53,117 nt of DNA. Source: an uncultured Clostridia bacterium. Its GTDB lineage: Bacteria > Bacillota > Clostridia > TANB77 > CAG-508. The notes beneath the pieces were generated by a model. That model made no database searches. It saw only the letters and a program-made list of their open reading frames with translations, and had not been told where the DNA came from. Made by a program: the position numbers and the translations under genes. How positions within the stretch are numbered: the first letter of the stretch is position 1; each line of letters opens with the position of its first letter. The stretch spans positions 1 through 53,117 of the forward strand of contig CALYAJ010000003.1 in NCBI GenBank assembly GCA_944393485.1. The letters are read 5' to 3'. This document shows positions 38,060 through 49,204 of this stretch, piece after piece.

Positions 38060-39058
38060 ATGGGGAAAAATGATAATAATCAAGACTTAAGTTTTTTCGA
38101 AAAAGTAAAACTAGGTAAACAAACTAAAGAATATAAAAGATGGAAAAGAAATAATAGAATTTTTTCACTAATCATATTAATTATTCTTTTATTATTAGGA
38201 AATTATTATTGGAAAGATCATGATTATAATAGCTTTTTGGCAAATGCATTAGATAATACAACTGAATCAGAAAATATAACAAATGAAGAAATGGTTCAAG
38301 CTGTTACAGGAGATTTAAAAGTATACTATTTAGATGTGGGACAAGCAGACAGTATATTAGTTATGGATAAAGATAAAACAATGTTAATTGATGCTGGTAC
38401 AAATGAAATGGGAGACGATGTTGTTAATTTCTTAGAAGATAAAGGCGTAGAAAAAATAGATTATCTAATAGGAACACATCCTCATGAAGATCATATTGGC
38501 GGATTAGATGATGTAATAGATAATTTTGATATAGGAACAATTTATATGCCTAAAATACAAACTAATACAAAAACATTTGAAGATGTATTAGATAGTATCG
38601 AAAAGAAAGATTTAAAAGTAACAGCTCCAAAACAAGGAGATGAATTTAAATTAGATGATGCAGAATGTGAGATAATGCTTGCAAACGAAGACGATAATGA
38701 TAGTAATTTAAATTTATCATCAATAGTTATTAGAATGACATATGGAGAAAATAGCTTTTTATTTATGGGAGATGCAGAACAAGATAATGAAGAAGAAAGA
38801 GAATGGCCACAAACTGATGTATTAAAGGTAGGACATCATGGTTCAAAAACTGCAACTTCTAAAGAGTTTGTAGAACAAGTAAAACCAAGTATTGCAATTA
38901 TTGAAGTTGCAAAAAAGAATTCATATAATTTACCAAATGATGAACCAATAGAAAATCTAGAAAATGTTGGAGCAAAAATATATAGAACAGATGAAGATGG
39001 TAATATACTTGTAACAAGTGATGGTAAAAATCTAGAAGTAGAAACAAATGTTAAGTAA
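38060..39058 (+). CDS. ComEC/Rec2-like MBL-fold metallo-hydrolase
   Basis: LDVGQADS, THPHEDHIGG, FMGDAE, LKVGHHGS, YRTDEDG; one N-terminal TM helix. Confidence 0.93.
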   Translation: MGKNDNNQDLSFFEKVKLGKQTKEYKRWKRNNRIFSLIILIILLLLGNYYWKDHDYNSFLANALDNTTESENITNEEMVQAVTGDLKVYYLDVGQADSILVMDKDKTMLIDAGTNEMGDDVVNFLEDKGVEKIDYLIGTHPHEDHIGGLDDVIDNFDIGTIYMPKIQTNTKTFEDVLDSIEKKDLKVTAPKQGDEFKLDDAECEIMLANEDDNDSNLNLSSIVIRMTYGENSFLFMGDAEQDNEEEREWPQTDVLKVGHHGSKTATSKEFVEQVKPSIAIIEVAKKNSYNLPNDEPIENLENVGAKIYRTDEDGNILVTSDGKNLEVETNVK

Positions 39059-39069
39059 AAGGAGAAAGT

Positions 39070-40533
39070 ATGGAAAACATATTAAAAAAACATTCAAAAA
39101 TAATTAATATAGCTTTAGTGGTATTATCTGCTATAATACCACTTTTAGCTGCTTTTCATAGTAATTTATGGTTTGATGAAGCATATTCAGTAGGTCTTGC
39201 AAATCAACCTTGGGGAAACTTATTTGTATCAGCAATTAATGATGTACACCCAATTTTATATTATGTATTACTAAAATTATATTCTTTAATATTTGGAACA
39301 AGTGTTATAGCATTAAGAATATTTTCCGTAATACCAATTGTATTACTTGCAATATTTGTAGCAACAAAAGTAAAAAAAGAGTTTGGAGAAAAAGTTAGTT
39401 TTTACTTTTTATTAGTTTTATTATTATTGCCAGTAACAATGCATTATGGTTCACAAATAAGAATGTATAGTTTAAGCATGTTATTTGTAACTGTAACAGC
39501 ATTTTATGCATATAAAGCATTTAAATATAATGAAAAGAAATATTGGATAATATTTGCAATATTTAGCATATTAAGTGCATATACACATTATTTTGCACTA
39601 TTTACAATAGGAATTATAAATCTAGTTCTATTATTTTATATAATAAGAAAGAAAAAAGAATTAATAAAAAGATGGTTTATATATGGAATATTACAAATAT
39701 TTTTATATATCCCTGGATTAATAATATTTATAATGCAATCTACACGAGTTGCGAGTGGATTTTGGATTAGTGTAAATTATCCAGATATATTTGGGCAAAT
39801 AATAGAGTTTTTCTTCCAAGATTCAATAGTATCTGGAATTCCATCAATAATTGGTTTACTTATTGTAATATATATGATATTACGTGTACATAAATTATAT
39901 ATAGAGGATAAAGAAAAAATTAGACCTGTTACAATTGCACTTACTACATGTGGATTAGTAGTTGTTATAACATTATTAATTTCTTTTGTAAGAGCAATAT
40001 TTATACCAAGATATATGCTTCCAATGTTAGGCCTATTTATATTTGCATTTGCTTATGTATTATCTTTAGAAAAAGGAAAAATTATAAAAATAGTAATATT
40101 TTTAGCATTAATAGTTTTATGTGTATGGAATGGAGCCACTTTATTAAATAAATCTTATACAGAAGAAAATAATAAACCAATAGATTTAATTGCAAATGAA
40201 TTACAAGAAGGCGATATTTTTGTATATTCTAATGTTGGACCAAGTAGTTCAGTAGCAATTAAATTTAAAGATAATAAACAATATTTTTATAATGTAGGTC
40301 ATTGGACTGTAGAAAAAGCTTATGGAGCATTTGCACCACAAATGACTACAATTGAAGATTTAACAGAAATAGAAAATTACAGTGGAAGAATTTGGGTAGT
40401 AGATGATGCATCAACTAATTTATATGATGAAATAAAAGATATGGAAGGAACAGAAATTATAAAAGATAAGCAAGAATTTTATTATCCATATAGCGGAGAA
40501 ACATTTAAAATATCATTATTTGAAAAAAAATAA
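39070..40533 (+). CDS. GT-C fold glycosyltransferase (PMT/GT39-like)
   Basis: LWFDEAYS, DVHPILYY, QIRMY, YTHY, FIPRY; about 11 TM helices. Confidence 0.87.
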   Translation: MENILKKHSKIINIALVVLSAIIPLLAAFHSNLWFDEAYSVGLANQPWGNLFVSAINDVHPILYYVLLKLYSLIFGTSVIALRIFSVIPIVLLAIFVATKVKKEFGEKVSFYFLLVLLLLPVTMHYGSQIRMYSLSMLFVTVTAFYAYKAFKYNEKKYWIIFAIFSILSAYTHYFALFTIGIINLVLLFYIIRKKKELIKRWFIYGILQIFLYIPGLIIFIMQSTRVASGFWISVNYPDIFGQIIEFFFQDSIVSGIPSIIGLLIVIYMILRVHKLYIEDKEKIRPVTIALTTCGLVVVITLLISFVRAIFIPRYMLPMLGLFIFAFAYVLSLEKGKIIKIVIFLALIVLCVWNGATLLNKSYTEENNKPIDLIANELQEGDIFVYSNVGPSSSVAIKFKDNKQYFYNVGHWTVEKAYGAFAPQMTTIEDLTEIENYSGRIWVVDDASTNLYDEIKDMEGTEIIKDKQEFYYPYSGETFKISLFEKK

Positions 40534-40547
40534 AAAAAATTTAATTC

Positions 40548-40578
40548 CCCGACAAGTTTCGACAAAAAATAATCGACA
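40548..40578. promoter_or_regulatory. Three tandem Spo0A-box-like sites
   Basis: CCCGACA 40548-54, TTCGACA 40558-64 (perfect reverse 0A box TGTCGAA), ATCGACA 40572-78, just upstream of a TG-N-TATAAT -10. Confidence 0.75.
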
Positions 40579-40614
40579 CTATGTGATATAATTTTTACAT
40601 GGGAGGGATGCGAT

Positions 40615-40770
40615 ATGGATGTTATGCTTAAAATAAAAATACATAGAAAAAAATTAGAACAAATGATACTAGATAACGAAGATTATGAAAAAATAGTTAA
40701 GCAAAGCCAAAAGCTGGATGAATACATAAATATCGCAATGAAGCAAATGGCTAAGGAGAAAAAAAGTTAA
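40615..40770 (+). CDS. Spo0E-like aspartyl-phosphate phosphatase (51 aa; absent from the ORF track)
   Basis: MDVMLKIKIHRKKLEQMILDNEDYEKIVKQSQKLDEYINIAMKQMAKEKKS; SQxLD signature; GGGAGG RBS. Confidence 0.88.
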   Translation: MDVMLKIKIHRKKLEQMILDNEDYEKIVKQSQKLDEYINIAMKQMAKEKKS

Positions 40771-40789
40771 AAGCTTCGTATCGTCGGAC

Positions 40790-40824
40790 TAAAACAAGTT
40801 AGGGAGTTTCCCTAACTTGTTTTA
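40790..40824. repeat. Perfect 16-bp inverted repeat, possible terminator
   Basis: TAAAACAAGTTAGGGA-GTT-TCCCTAACTTGTTTTA. Confidence 0.8.
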
Positions 40825-40860
40825 ACTTAAAGGAAAAACAGCCAAGCTAGTAAATAAATA

Positions 40861-40889
40861 TTGACATTCCAAGGAATAAGCAATAGAAT
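40861..40889 (+). promoter_or_regulatory. Sigma-A promoter of fba
   Basis: TTGACA, 17 bp, TAGAAT. Confidence 0.8.
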
Positions 40890-40925
40890 AATGGGGAGAA
40901 TGAATTTTAAGGAAGGTGATTTTTT

Positions 40926-41855
40926 ATGCCATTTGTAACAACAAAGGATATGTTTGAAAAATCTATGAAGGAGAAATTTGCAATAGGTGCATTTAATATT
41001 AATAATATGGAGTTTGTACAAGCAATAATGGATGCAGCAGCTAAAGAAAACTCACCAGTTATATTACAAACTTCAGCAAGTGCTATAAAATATGCAAGAG
41101 TACCATATTTAAAGAAAATGATAGAAGCTGGTTTAGAAGAACATGATATTCCAGTAGCATTACATTTAGACCATGGTCCAGATTTTGAAACATGTAAAAT
41201 GTGTGTAGATAATGGATATACATCAGTAATGTTTGATGGATCAAAATATGATTTCGAAACAAATATAAAATTAACAAAAGAAGTTGTAGATTATGCACAT
41301 GCACATGGAGTAGTAGTAGAAGCTGAACTTGGAAAATTAGCAGGAATAGAAGATGATGTTAATGTTGCAGCAGAAGATGCAATGTATACAGATCCAGATG
41401 AAGCTAAAGAATTTGTAGAAAGAACAGGTTGTGATTCATTAGCAATAGCTATTGGAACAAGCCATGGAGCATATAAATTTAAAGGAGAAGCTAAATTAAG
41501 ATTTGATATTTTAGCTAAAATTAAAGAAAAAATACCTAATACTCCAATAGTATTACATGGAGCTTCAACAGTTATTCCAGAATTAGTAGAAATTTGTAAT
41601 AAATATGGAGCAGAATTACCAGGAGCTAAAGGTGTTCCAGACGAAATATTACATGAAGCAAGTATCTCTGGTGTATCTAAAATAAATGTAGATACAGACT
41701 TAAGATTAGCTATGACAGCTGGAATAAGAGAAACATTTGTAGAAAATCCAAGTGTATTTGATCCAAGAAAATATATGGGTCAAGGAAGAGATTTAATAGA
41801 AGAAACAGTTGCTCATAAAATAAGAGATGTATTTGGTTCAAGCAATAAAGCATAG
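40926..41855 (+). CDS. fba: Class II fructose-1,6-bisphosphate aldolase
   Basis: ALHLDHG, VMFDGS, EAELG, AIGTSHGAYK, VLHGAS, KINVDTD, DPRKY. Confidence 0.97.
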   Translation: MPFVTTKDMFEKSMKEKFAIGAFNINNMEFVQAIMDAAAKENSPVILQTSASAIKYARVPYLKKMIEAGLEEHDIPVALHLDHGPDFETCKMCVDNGYTSVMFDGSKYDFETNIKLTKEVVDYAHAHGVVVEAELGKLAGIEDDVNVAAEDAMYTDPDEAKEFVERTGCDSLAIAIGTSHGAYKFKGEAKLRFDILAKIKEKIPNTPIVLHGASTVIPELVEICNKYGAELPGAKGVPDEILHEASISGVSKINVDTDLRLAMTAGIRETFVENPSVFDPRKYMGQGRDLIEETVAHKIRDVFGSSNKA

Positions 41856-41882
41856 AACTTAGAGGAAAGCTTAAAATATATA

Positions 41883-41923
41883 AAAAAGCATTCAGATTAG
41901 AAAATCTAATTTGAATGCTTTTT
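41883..41923 (+). terminator. Intrinsic terminator
   Basis: AAAAAGCATTCAGATTAG ... CTAATTTGAATGCTTTTT. Confidence 0.85.
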
Positions 41924-41984
41924 GTGCTAGAGAGGACTTTACCAGATTATAACAAAAATGGAAAAATTTTCTTAAGATAAAACA

Positions 41985-42023
41985 CAAACAAATGTTTACA
42001 AACAAATAAAACGATGTTATAAT
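41985..42023 (+). promoter_or_regulatory. Sigma-A promoter overlapped by an SOS-box-like palindrome
   Basis: AAAC-AAAT-GTTT (41986-41997) overlaps TTTACA -35; 17 bp; TG-N-TATAAT (42018-42023). Confidence 0.6.
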
Positions 42024-42047
42024 AATTTTAGAGTTGTAATTTGGAGA

Positions 42048-43302
42048 GTGAAAATAATGCAGAAATATTATTTATGTATAGATTTAAAAACATTTTATGC
42101 TTCTGTAGAATGTGTAGAAAGAGGATTAGATCCATTTAATACAAATTTAGTAGTAGCTGATCCAACCAGAGGGAAAGGAACAATTTGTTTAGCAATATCT
42201 CCAAAAATGAAAATGTTAGGAGTAAAAAATAGATGTAGAATTTTTGAAATACCTCCAACAATCAAATATATAATAGCAACTCCAAGAATGAAAAAATATA
42301 TAGAATATTCGGCAAATATTTATGGCATTTATTTAAAATATTTTGCCAAGGAAGATATCCATGTATATTCAATAGATGAGGCATTTATGGATGTTACAAA
42401 ATATTTAAAATTATATAAATTAAATCCAATAGAACTTGCTAAAAAAATAATAAAGGATATATTCAAAAGATATGGAATAACAGCTACAGCAGGAATTGGA
42501 ACAAATATGTATCTAGCTAAAATTGCACTTGATATTACTGCAAAGCATAATCCTCAAAATATCGGTTATTTAGATGAAGAAAAGTATAAACGAGAATTAT
42601 GGCATCATAAACCACTTTCCGATTTTTGGCAAATAGGAAGAGGAATAGAAAGAAGATTAAATAAAATGAGGATATTTGATATGTACGATATTGCACATAC
42701 AGAACAAAAAAGATTATATAAAGAATTTGGAATAAATGCAGAATATTTAATAGACCATTCTTGGGGAAAAGAGAGTTGTACTATTGCAGACATAAAAGCA
42801 TATAAACCTAAAACAAATTCTGTAACAAATAGTCAAATATTATTTGAAGATTATTCATTTATAAAAGCAAGATTAGTATTAAAAGAAATTGTAGAATTAG
42901 GAAGTTTAAGGCTTATAGAAAGTAATTTAGTAACAGATACAATTAGTTTATATATAGGATATTCAAAAAATATTATAAAAGCTACAGGAGGAACTAGAAA
43001 ATTAAGTAATTATACAAATATATATTCAGAACTTTTAAAAGCTTTTTTAGAAGTATATGATAAAACTACAGACAGAAGTATTCCAATTAGAAGAATAGGT
43101 GTAAATTTTGCAAATGTAATTGAAACAGAAAATGTACAATTAAGCCTATTTAAAGATCAAAAGAAAATAGATGAAGAAAGGAAATTAGAACTTGCAATGT
43201 GTAGTATAAAAAATAAAATGGGAAAAAATGCAATAATAAGAGGAATGGATTTAGAAGAAGGTGCAACAACAATGATGAGAAATAAATTAATAGGAGGTCA
43301 TA

Positions 43303-43316
<14 letters not shown>
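42048..43316 (+). CDS. dinB: Y-family translesion DNA polymerase (ImpB/MucB/SamB, UmuC/DinB-like)
   Basis: CIDLKTFYASVEC, YSIDEAF, GIGTNMYLAK, FWQIGRG, C-terminal IGGH. Confidence 0.9.
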
Positions 43317-44474
<1,158 letters not shown>

Positions 44475-44478
44475 ATTT

Positions 44479-44507
44479 TGTCCAGCAGTAAAGGATACTG
44501 CTGGACA
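44479..44507. terminator. Terminator hairpin between convergent genes
   Basis: TGTCCAGCAGTA-AAGGA-TACTGCTGGACA. Confidence 0.85.
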
Positions 44508-44524
44508 TTTTGAGTCTCATATTG

Positions 44525-44752
44525 TTATTTAGTGAAGAAATACTGATTATAGTCATTTAATAACTTTTCAGTATCTTCGGCGTTTTCACATTTCGCTGTG
44601 AAAAGAAATTTTTTTGCATCATACCCGAAATCTGCATTATACTTGCAAGCAAAAGATACGAGTTCAGGTAATTCTTTTTCAACAGGATATGTTCCAGAAA
44701 GAAATACTTCTATTTTCCGAGTCCCTTCATTAAAGTTAACAATTGTTTTCAT
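44525..44752 (-). CDS. Orphan hypothetical protein (75 aa); the only minus-strand gene supported
   Basis: MKTIVNFNEG...; GAAAGGAG RBS, own promoter and terminator. Confidence 0.75.
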   Translation of the reverse strand: MKTIVNFNEGTRKIEVFLSGTYPVEKELPELVSFACKYNADFGYDAKKFLFTAKCENAEDTEKLLNDYNQYFFTK

Positions 44753-44795
44753 ACATGAGTCGCTCCTTTCAAAAAAAAAATTCTTTAAAGTTTCA

Positions 44796-44833
44796 TTGAA
44801 CTTAATATAACACAAAACCTAGTATAGTTCAAT
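44796..44833 (-). promoter_or_regulatory. Sigma-A-like promoter bracketed by an 8-bp inverted repeat
   Basis: Minus strand TTGAAC, 17 bp, TG-N-TATATT; ATTGAACT ... AGTTCAAT arms. Confidence 0.6.
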
Positions 44834-45086
44834 TATAAAAGAAGACATAGATTAATTAATGTTAATTATGTAAAAAAATGACAATAAGAGAAACTAAAAA
44901 TAGAAAAGTATATGTCAAAAACAATCTTAAGAGAAGCAGAGAAAAAAGGAATAAATAATTGGCATATAAGTAGTTTTTTAGATTAGGATTACTAAATAAA
45001 AATATTCTATATTTGTTTAATAAGTATAGAATATTTTTTCTTTATATGATATAGTCAGAATGAAAATAATTAGGGAGGTTTTTTTT

Positions 45087-45782
45087 ATGAAAAAGAAAGT
45101 TTTAATTGCGATTATTCTTATTATAGTAATAATAATCGGAGTGATAGGATATATGGTATTTAGTGATATGATGCAAGAAAATAAACTAAAAACAGAATTA
45201 TCTGAACTACAACAACTTGTAAACACAGAAAATATTGATATGGATGCAGTAAATAGCAGACTAGATAGAATTGTAACTAACGGAGATTATGCAGTAGTTG
45301 AGGATGCTTTTAAATCTTATTTAAGAGATAATTTTGATAACAGTATACAAATTGCAGAAATATTAAATGACGAGAAAATAACAACATTATTAACAGTAGA
45401 AAATTATGAAAATGATGGAAAAGATTTCACAGAATCCAAAAATTATATTACAACAACAATAACTGCACTAGAAGATTGTAAAAATAAATATACAGAATTT
45501 TTTACTGAAGATAAAGCAATGTCATATATTAATGATAAAGGGCTAGATAGTTATTATACAGATTTATATAAAAACGAATTAATGGGTGATATGGACTTAG
45601 CATCACAGGACACGACAGTTCAAGATTCAATTGATGAAGTAATATCAATATTAAATACTTCTGAAGAAGTTTTAAATTTATTATCAAAAAACCAAGATGC
45701 TTGGGAGATTGAAGGAGAAAATATAGTATTTAATAGTGAAAATTTATCAAATGAGTATGATGAGCTAATAAATTCATTATAA
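45087..45782 (+). CDS. Membrane-anchored acidic helical hypothetical protein
   Basis: GGGAGG RBS; MKKK plus TM helix; acidic helical ectodomain. Confidence 0.85.
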   Translation: MKKKVLIAIILIIVIIIGVIGYMVFSDMMQENKLKTELSELQQLVNTENIDMDAVNSRLDRIVTNGDYAVVEDAFKSYLRDNFDNSIQIAEILNDEKITTLLTVENYENDGKDFTESKNYITTTITALEDCKNKYTEFFTEDKAMSYINDKGLDSYYTDLYKNELMGDMDLASQDTTVQDSIDEVISILNTSEEVLNLLSKNQDAWEIEGENIVFNSENLSNEYDELINSL

Positions 45783-45794
45783 TATAAATTTTTG

Positions 45795-45826
45795 AAGATT
45801 AGTTTGGAATATAACTAATCTTTTTT
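45795..45826 (+). terminator. Intrinsic terminator
   Basis: AAGATTAGTT ... AACTAATCTT followed by T run. Confidence 0.75.
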
Positions 45827-45954
45827 GTGCCAAAATCATTAGAATGTTATTTATTGGAATAATAAATGCTATATTTAAATAGGTTATGCTTATAAAGCAA
45901 ATGATTTCTTTATTTTTTTAAATATTTATGATATTATGTCGAAAGAGTGAAGAT

Positions 45955-47340
45955 ATGGGAGAAAATAAAGTGAATGAAAACATGCTAGAAAAAATAGAAA
46001 TTAAAAAAATAGAAAAAGAACAATTTGATGAATATAAAGATGAAATAGAAAAAATACATAATGAAAATGTATTTCCAAATAACGGTTATTTAATGGATGA
46101 AGATTATATTATAAATGCAGAAATTATTTTTGTTGCTTTACTAAATAATAAAGTTGTAGGTTTTGCCTCAATAAATACATATGATTATGAACCAGATGAA
46201 GGCGACGATTTATGGATAACTATAGAAAAAAATAATATGCAAATAAAACAAATTGCTATAAGTAAAGAATTTCAAGGACTAAAAATAGGAACACACTTAT
46301 TAAATAAAGTAAAAGAATATGCAAAAAGTAAAGGTATTAATAATATTTATTTATATGCTTTAGGAGATAATGAAAAGGCTCATAAGTTTTATGAAAGAAA
46401 TGGGTTTAAATTATCTGGTATTTGGAGTGCAAAAGAGTATATGGAAATAAAAGATTTTAAAAGTTATTTATTTGCATATACAAATAAAATGGAATGTAAA
46501 GCAATATTTTTAGATATGGATGGCACGTTATTAAATTCTGAAAAAGAAGTATCAGATTATTCAATTAAGATTTTAAAAGAAATAAAACAAAAAGGAATAG
46601 AAATAATCTTAATATCAGGAAGATGTAACAAATCAATTGAGCATATTGTGAAAAATAGAATTAATAATAAAGATGAGATAATTAGGTATATTATTTCAAC
46701 AGACGGAACAATGATAAAAGATTTAAAGGAAAACAAAATAATATATCAAAGTAGTTTAAATGAAAAACTTGTAAAAGAGTTAATATATAAATCATATAAT
46801 TTTGATACAGCTTTTTATATAATAACTGAAAATGATATGTATAAGGATAATCGAATGAATGAGTATCAAAAAGAAACCGATAGATGGTATATAAATGGTG
46901 AATTTTATAATATAGAAAATAATCTAAAAACAATTGATTTTAACGATTTTAGTAAAAAAAATGAAAAAGTTAATCGAATATTATTCTTTTCCATGAATTT
47001 GGATAAATTAAAAGAAATTAATGAAAATATTTTAAAAAATGATGAAATTCAAACATTATTTAGAAAAGATTTTAAGGATTATCAATTATTGCTAATTTCA
47101 AATAAATATTCTAAAGCAATAGGAATAATTGAAATGTGTAAATATCTAAATCTATCCACTAAAGATACAATAGCATTTGGTGATTCAGATAATGATATTG
47201 AAATGCTAGAGATAGTAGGAGATGGTATTGCAATGAAAAATACAAAAATAGATTTAAAAACAAATAAAATCACAGAATTTACTAATAATGAAGATGGTGT
47301 AGCAAAGTATTTAGAAAAAATGTTATTGGAGGAAAAGTAA
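45955..47340 (+). CDS. Fusion of a GNAT acetyltransferase and a Cof-type HAD-IIB hydrolase
   Basis: N-terminal FQGLKIGTHLL...NEKAHKFYERNGF; C-terminal FLDMDGTLL, ISGR, SKAIGI, AFGDSDNDIEML. Confidence 0.92.
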   Translation: MGENKVNENMLEKIEIKKIEKEQFDEYKDEIEKIHNENVFPNNGYLMDEDYIINAEIIFVALLNNKVVGFASINTYDYEPDEGDDLWITIEKNNMQIKQIAISKEFQGLKIGTHLLNKVKEYAKSKGINNIYLYALGDNEKAHKFYERNGFKLSGIWSAKEYMEIKDFKSYLFAYTNKMECKAIFLDMDGTLLNSEKEVSDYSIKILKEIKQKGIEIILISGRCNKSIEHIVKNRINNKDEIIRYIISTDGTMIKDLKENKIIYQSSLNEKLVKELIYKSYNFDTAFYIITENDMYKDNRMNEYQKETDRWYINGEFYNIENNLKTIDFNDFSKKNEKVNRILFFSMNLDKLKEINENILKNDEIQTLFRKDFKDYQLLLISNKYSKAIGIIEMCKYLNLSTKDTIAFGDSDNDIEMLEIVGDGIAMKNTKIDLKTNKITEFTNNEDGVAKYLEKMLLEEK

Positions 47341-48557
47341 TGAATATAGGAATAGATATAGATGGAGTCTTAACAGATATTGAACAATGGCAATTAGACT
47401 ACGGAAGCAAGTTTATATCTGAGCAATACCATAAAGGAATTATAAATAATGAAGGATATAATATAGAAGATATATTTGATGTAGATGAAACTATAGATGA
47501 TGAATTTTGGAAAAAATATTTATATGATTATGCTAAAAGCGAACCAACAAGAAAATTTGCAAATGAAGTAACAAAAAAATTAAAAGAAGATGGAAATAAA
47601 GTATTTATCATAACTGCAAGATTTTTAACTGATAGAGATACAGATGAAGGTCAAGAAATGAGGCAAATAGTAAGAAACTGGCTAAAAGAAAATGAGATTT
47701 ACTATGATGAAATTATATTTAGTCCAGAAGATAAATTAGAAATATGCTTAAATAACAATATTGATGTGATGATAGATGATAAAGTAGAAAATATAAATGA
47801 AATATCAAAACATATACCAGTAATATGCTTTAATGCAGGATATAACAAAGAATGTAAAGGAGAAAATATTTATAGAGCTTATTCATGGTATGATATATAT
47901 TCTAAAATTAAAGAAATAGAAAACAAAAACAAAATCGTTATATTTGATTGGGGAGGCGTTATAGAAAGTCATAAGGAAGGAGAATATTCAATAGATAAAG
48001 CTATCATAAATCTTATAAAACATTTTAACAGTAAAGAAGATGAAAAAACGATAGTAGAAAGATACCATGCCCAATCAGTAGAAGATATAACATACCATAT
48101 CTATTTAGAAAATGATAAATGGTTTGAAAAAATAAAAAAAGAATTTAATTTAGAATGTAATTCAGAGGAATTTTACAATTATTACATAAAAGAATTTGAT
48201 AAAATTGACTATTACAAAGATGTAGTAGAATTTGCTCATAGCTTAAAAGATAGATGCAAGATAGCTATTTTATCAAATCTTGGATCATTAGATAAGCAAA
48301 GATTAGATAAACAAGTAAATTTAAAACAATTTGATTATGTATGGCTTTCATTTGAATTAAACTGTCGAAAACCTAAAGAGAAAATTTATGAAGTAGTAGA
48401 AAAAGATTGTAAGATAGAGCCTAAAAATATTCTATTTATTGATGACAGTAAAGAAAATATTGAAGTAGCAAACAAAAGAGGCTGGAATACTTGTTTAGCA
48501 ACTGGACATGAGTTAGATAAAATAAAAAATAGTATAAATGAGTTTTTAAATATATAA
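47340..48557 (+). CDS. Fusion of a 5'(3')-deoxyribonucleotidase-like HAD and a HAD-IA phosphatase
   Basis: IGIDIDGVL, ITAR, MIDD; then VIFDWGGVI, ILSN, RKPKEKIY, LFIDDSKEN. Confidence 0.9.
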   Translation: MNIGIDIDGVLTDIEQWQLDYGSKFISEQYHKGIINNEGYNIEDIFDVDETIDDEFWKKYLYDYAKSEPTRKFANEVTKKLKEDGNKVFIITARFLTDRDTDEGQEMRQIVRNWLKENEIYYDEIIFSPEDKLEICLNNNIDVMIDDKVENINEISKHIPVICFNAGYNKECKGENIYRAYSWYDIYSKIKEIENKNKIVIFDWGGVIESHKEGEYSIDKAIINLIKHFNSKEDEKTIVERYHAQSVEDITYHIYLENDKWFEKIKKEFNLECNSEEFYNYYIKEFDKIDYYKDVVEFAHSLKDRCKIAILSNLGSLDKQRLDKQVNLKQFDYVWLSFELNCRKPKEKIYEVVEKDCKIEPKNILFIDDSKENIEVANKRGWNTCLATGHELDKIKNSINEFLNI

Positions 48558-48571
48558 ATTAGGAGCAGAAA

Positions 48572-49177
48572 ATGAATGTAAAAGAAATGAAACAAGCAGT
48601 AGAAATATTAGGCAAAGAGTGGAATTTAGGGAAAAAAGAAGCAGAAGCTGAAGGTAATATATGTGCTTGGATTTATTTAATGGAAATACTAGAAGAAAGT
48701 GAAAAGATTATTACTTATAAAGAAAATGGTGAGCTTATAGGATTTTGTGGATATGCTAAATGGAATTCTAAAAAACATTTATTAAGAAAAAAATTAGCAA
48801 AAATAATAAGAAACAAACTAATGAATAGTAAAAAAATAAAAAATAAAGAAGCAATAAAAAAGTATGATGATAATTATGGATATTATGAACCAAAAGATAT
48901 AGAAAAGAATTTTGATGGAGAAATATCTATATTAATTGTAAAAAAAGAATATCAAAATAAAGGAATAGGAACAAAGTTATTATTAGAAGTTTTTAAACTT
49001 GCCAAAGAAGATGGCTTAAAGAAAATTCAAATACTAACAGATGAATCTTGCAATCATAAGTTCTATGAAAAATCTAACTGTGAAATTGTATATGAAACTA
49101 AAATACAAAATATTGAAAGTAATATTATTGGAAACAAGAAATTTGAAACAGCATACGTTTATCAAAAAATGCTATAA
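48572..49177 (+). CDS. GNAT N-acetyltransferase
   Basis: YQNKGIGTKLL motif A; LTDESCNHKFYEK. Confidence 0.9.
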   Translation: MNVKEMKQAVEILGKEWNLGKKEAEAEGNICAWIYLMEILEESEKIITYKENGELIGFCGYAKWNSKKHLLRKKLAKIIRNKLMNSKKIKNKEAIKKYDDNYGYYEPKDIEKNFDGEISILIVKKEYQNKGIGTKLLLEVFKLAKEDGLKKIQILTDESCNHKFYEKSNCEIVYETKIQNIESNIIGNKKFETAYVYQKML

Positions 49178-49204
49178 TTTATAAATTACGAAGGGGAATA
49201 ATAA

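Noticed and set aside
38060-39058. Full ComEC DNA-uptake channel
   Set aside because: Only the MBL domain is present; the multi-TM competence domain is missing.
44878-45000. Short + strand frames (MSKTILREAEKKGINNWHISSFLD*)
   Set aside because: No RBS and no recognisable family; possibly a remnant but unsupported.
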